Positions 4,730 to 6,116 of a stretch of DNA of 6,116 nt are shown here, one piece after another (the first letter of the stretch is position 1; each line of letters opens with the position of its first letter). Under the pieces are notes generated by a model. That model saw only the letters and a list, made by a program, of their open reading frames with translations. It was not told the origin of the DNA and did not search any database. The DNA comes from a virus (Duplodnaviria; Heunggongvirae; Uroviricota; Caudoviricetes). The stretch spans positions 1 through 6,116 of IMG/VR virus record IMGVR_UViG_2695420403_000002. The stretch is one strand, 5' to 3'. The translations under genes were made by a program, and so were the position numbers.

Positions 4730-6116
4730 CACCATTCCGTCGAATACGCTGGTTCCGTTGTTTTATGCGGAAATGGATAACCAGGCGGCGAATACTGCAC
4801 AGGACAGCGGGGCATCGTTGCTGATTGGTCACGCCAATAACGGTGCAGAGATTGTTGCCAACAGTCTGGTGCTGATGCCGTCGGCAGACTATGCACGCCA
4901 GATTTGTGGTGCGGGAAGTCAGCTGGCGCGTATGGTCGAGGCTTATCGCCAGACCGACCCGTTTGGCGAGCTGTATGTGATTGCCGTTCCGGAAGCCACA
5001 GGCGCGGCGGCAACGGTTACGCTGACGGTGACCGGAGCAGCAACCGAAACCGGCACGGTGAATGTTTATGTGGGACGTACCCGCGTGCAGGCACCGGTGA
5101 CTAACGGCGATAACGTCACGACGATTGCCAGCAGTATCCAGGATGCCATTAATGCCGTTCCGGCCCTGCCGTTTACGGCCTCATCTTCGGCAGGCGTGGT
5201 CACACTGACCGCGCGTCATAAGGGGCTTTGCGGGAATGAAATTCCTGTCAGCCTCAATTACTACGGCTTCGGTGGGGGCGAAGTGCTGCCAGCGGGCGTA
5301 CAGATTGCCGTGGCGACGGGGACCGCCGGAACGGGCGCTCCGGTTCTCACCGGTGCGGTGGCTGCAATGGCGGATGAGCCGTTTGATTATATCGGTCTGC
5401 CGTTCAACGACACGGCCTCCGTTAACACGCTGGTGACCGAGATGAACGATACCAGCGGTCGCTGGAGCTATGCGCGTCAGCTGTATGGTCATGTGTATAC
5501 GGCAAAGATCGGCACGCTGTCAGAACTGGTGACCGCAGGTGACCAGTTTAACCAGCAGCACATCACCCTGGCGGGGTACGAAAAAGAGACCCAGACGCCT
5601 GCCGACGAGCTGGCGGCAAGCCGTACCGCCCGCGCAGCGGTGTTTATCCGCAACGATCCGGCACGTCCCACGCAGACCGGTGAGCTGGTGGGTATGTTGC
5701 CTGCGCCGAAGGGGAAACGGTTCACGATGACCGAACAACAGACCCTGCTGTCTCATGGCGTGGCAACGGCGTATGTCGAAAGCGGGGTACTGCGCATTCA
5801 GCGTGATGTCACCACGTACAGGAAAAACGCTTACGGGGTTGCGGATAACAGCTACCTCGACAGCGAGACGCTGCATACCAGCGCGTATGTACTGCGCAAA
5901 CTGAAATCCGTCATTACCAGTAAGTACGGGCGTCACAAGCTTGCCAGTGACGGTACCCGCTTTGGTCCCGGTCAGGCGATTGTCACCCCGGCGGTGATCA
6001 AAGGGGAACTGCTGGCAACCTACCGTCAGCTCGAGCGTGCGGGGATCGTGGAAAACTACGAACTGTTTAAGCAGTACCTGGTTGTGGAGCGTGATGCCAG
6101 CGATCCGAACCGCCTG
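4713..6116 (+). CDS. Phage contractile tail sheath protein (Mu gpL-like), 5'-partial: continues past the window end
   Basis: ATG at 4713; 468 codons open to the window end with no stop (translated by hand). Protein begins MTISFNTIPSNTLVPLFYAEMDNQAANTAQDSG.... Absent from the track, presumably because it has no stop in the window. High GC and ctg/gcg/ccg-rich codon usage; the minus-strand ORFs across 4575-5936 are its shadows. Sheath identity rests on my recognition of the sequence character and the small upstream ORF, not a search. Confidence 0.65.
   Translation, partial: MTISFNTIPSNTLVPLFYAEMDNQAANTAQDSGASLLIGHANNGAEIVANSLVLMPSADYARQICGAGSQLARMVEAYRQTDPFGELYVIAVPEATGAAATVTLTVTGAATETGTVNVYVGRTRVQAPVTNGDNVTTIASSIQDAINAVPALPFTASSSAGVVTLTARHKGLCGNEIPVSLNYYGFGGGEVLPAGVQIAVATGTAGTGAPVLTGAVAAMADEPFDYIGLPFNDTASVNTLVTEMNDTSGRWSYARQLYGHVYTAKIGTLSELVTAGDQFNQQHITLAGYEKETQTPADELAASRTARAAVFIRNDPARPTQTGELVGMLPAPKGKRFTMTEQQTLLSHGVATAYVESGVLRIQRDVTTYRKNAYGVADNSYLDSETLHTSAYVLRKLKSVITSKYGRHKLASDGTRFGPGQAIVTPAVIKGELLATYRQLERAGIVENYELFKQYLVVERDASDPNRL

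Larger units (their letters stand above)
1..6116. mobile_element. Prophage segment, mosaic: lambdoid late-regulatory and lysis genes joined to a Mu-like contractile-tail module, probably defective
   Basis: Gene content and order: KilA-N protein, DUF968/NinG-like protein, antiterminator Q, holin, endolysin N-terminus, tail sheath. No terminase, portal or head genes lie between the lysis and tail genes. Confidence 0.7.

Noticed and set aside
4248-5936. Track ORFs 4248..4526(-), 4396..4650(-), 4575..4832(-), 4726..5013(-), 4904..5104(+), 5181..5492(-), 5236..5436(+), 5489..5725(-), 5520..5936(-), 5539..5730(+)
   Set aside because: All overlap the long open + strand frames of the fused endolysin ORF and the sheath gene. 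They are Arg/Pro/Cys-rich, as expected for off-frame reads of GC-rich coding sequence.
1-6116. CRISPR arrays, tRNA or rRNA genes, insertion-sequence ends
   Set aside because: No regularly spaced repeats, no tRNA-like cloverleaf regions and no terminal inverted repeats were seen by eye. Absence is not proven without dedicated tools.

Overview
This window reads as a mosaic, probably defective, enterobacterial prophage segment; all protein-family calls are from reading the translations, since no searches could be run. Left to right on the + strand: a KilA-N-type protein, a DUF968/YdfU-like protein with a C-terminal HNH-like Cys/His cluster, and a late antiterminator Q. Next comes a strongly AT-rich, reverse-strand gene for a KAP-family P-loop NTPase, in the cargo position between Q and the lysis genes. 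Downstream are a likely late promoter and tR'-like terminator, a lambda-S-type holin, and an endolysin that keeps only about 22 codons of lambda-R-like sequence before fusing in frame to unrelated sequence. The window ends with a small ORF and a 5'-partial contractile tail-sheath gene (Mu-like); neither is in the supplied ORF track. The most interesting element is the single-gene KAP NTPase, a candidate phage-exclusion or abortive-infection gene (the family is named partly after F-plasmid PifA, which excludes T7). No CRISPR, tRNA or rRNA was seen.
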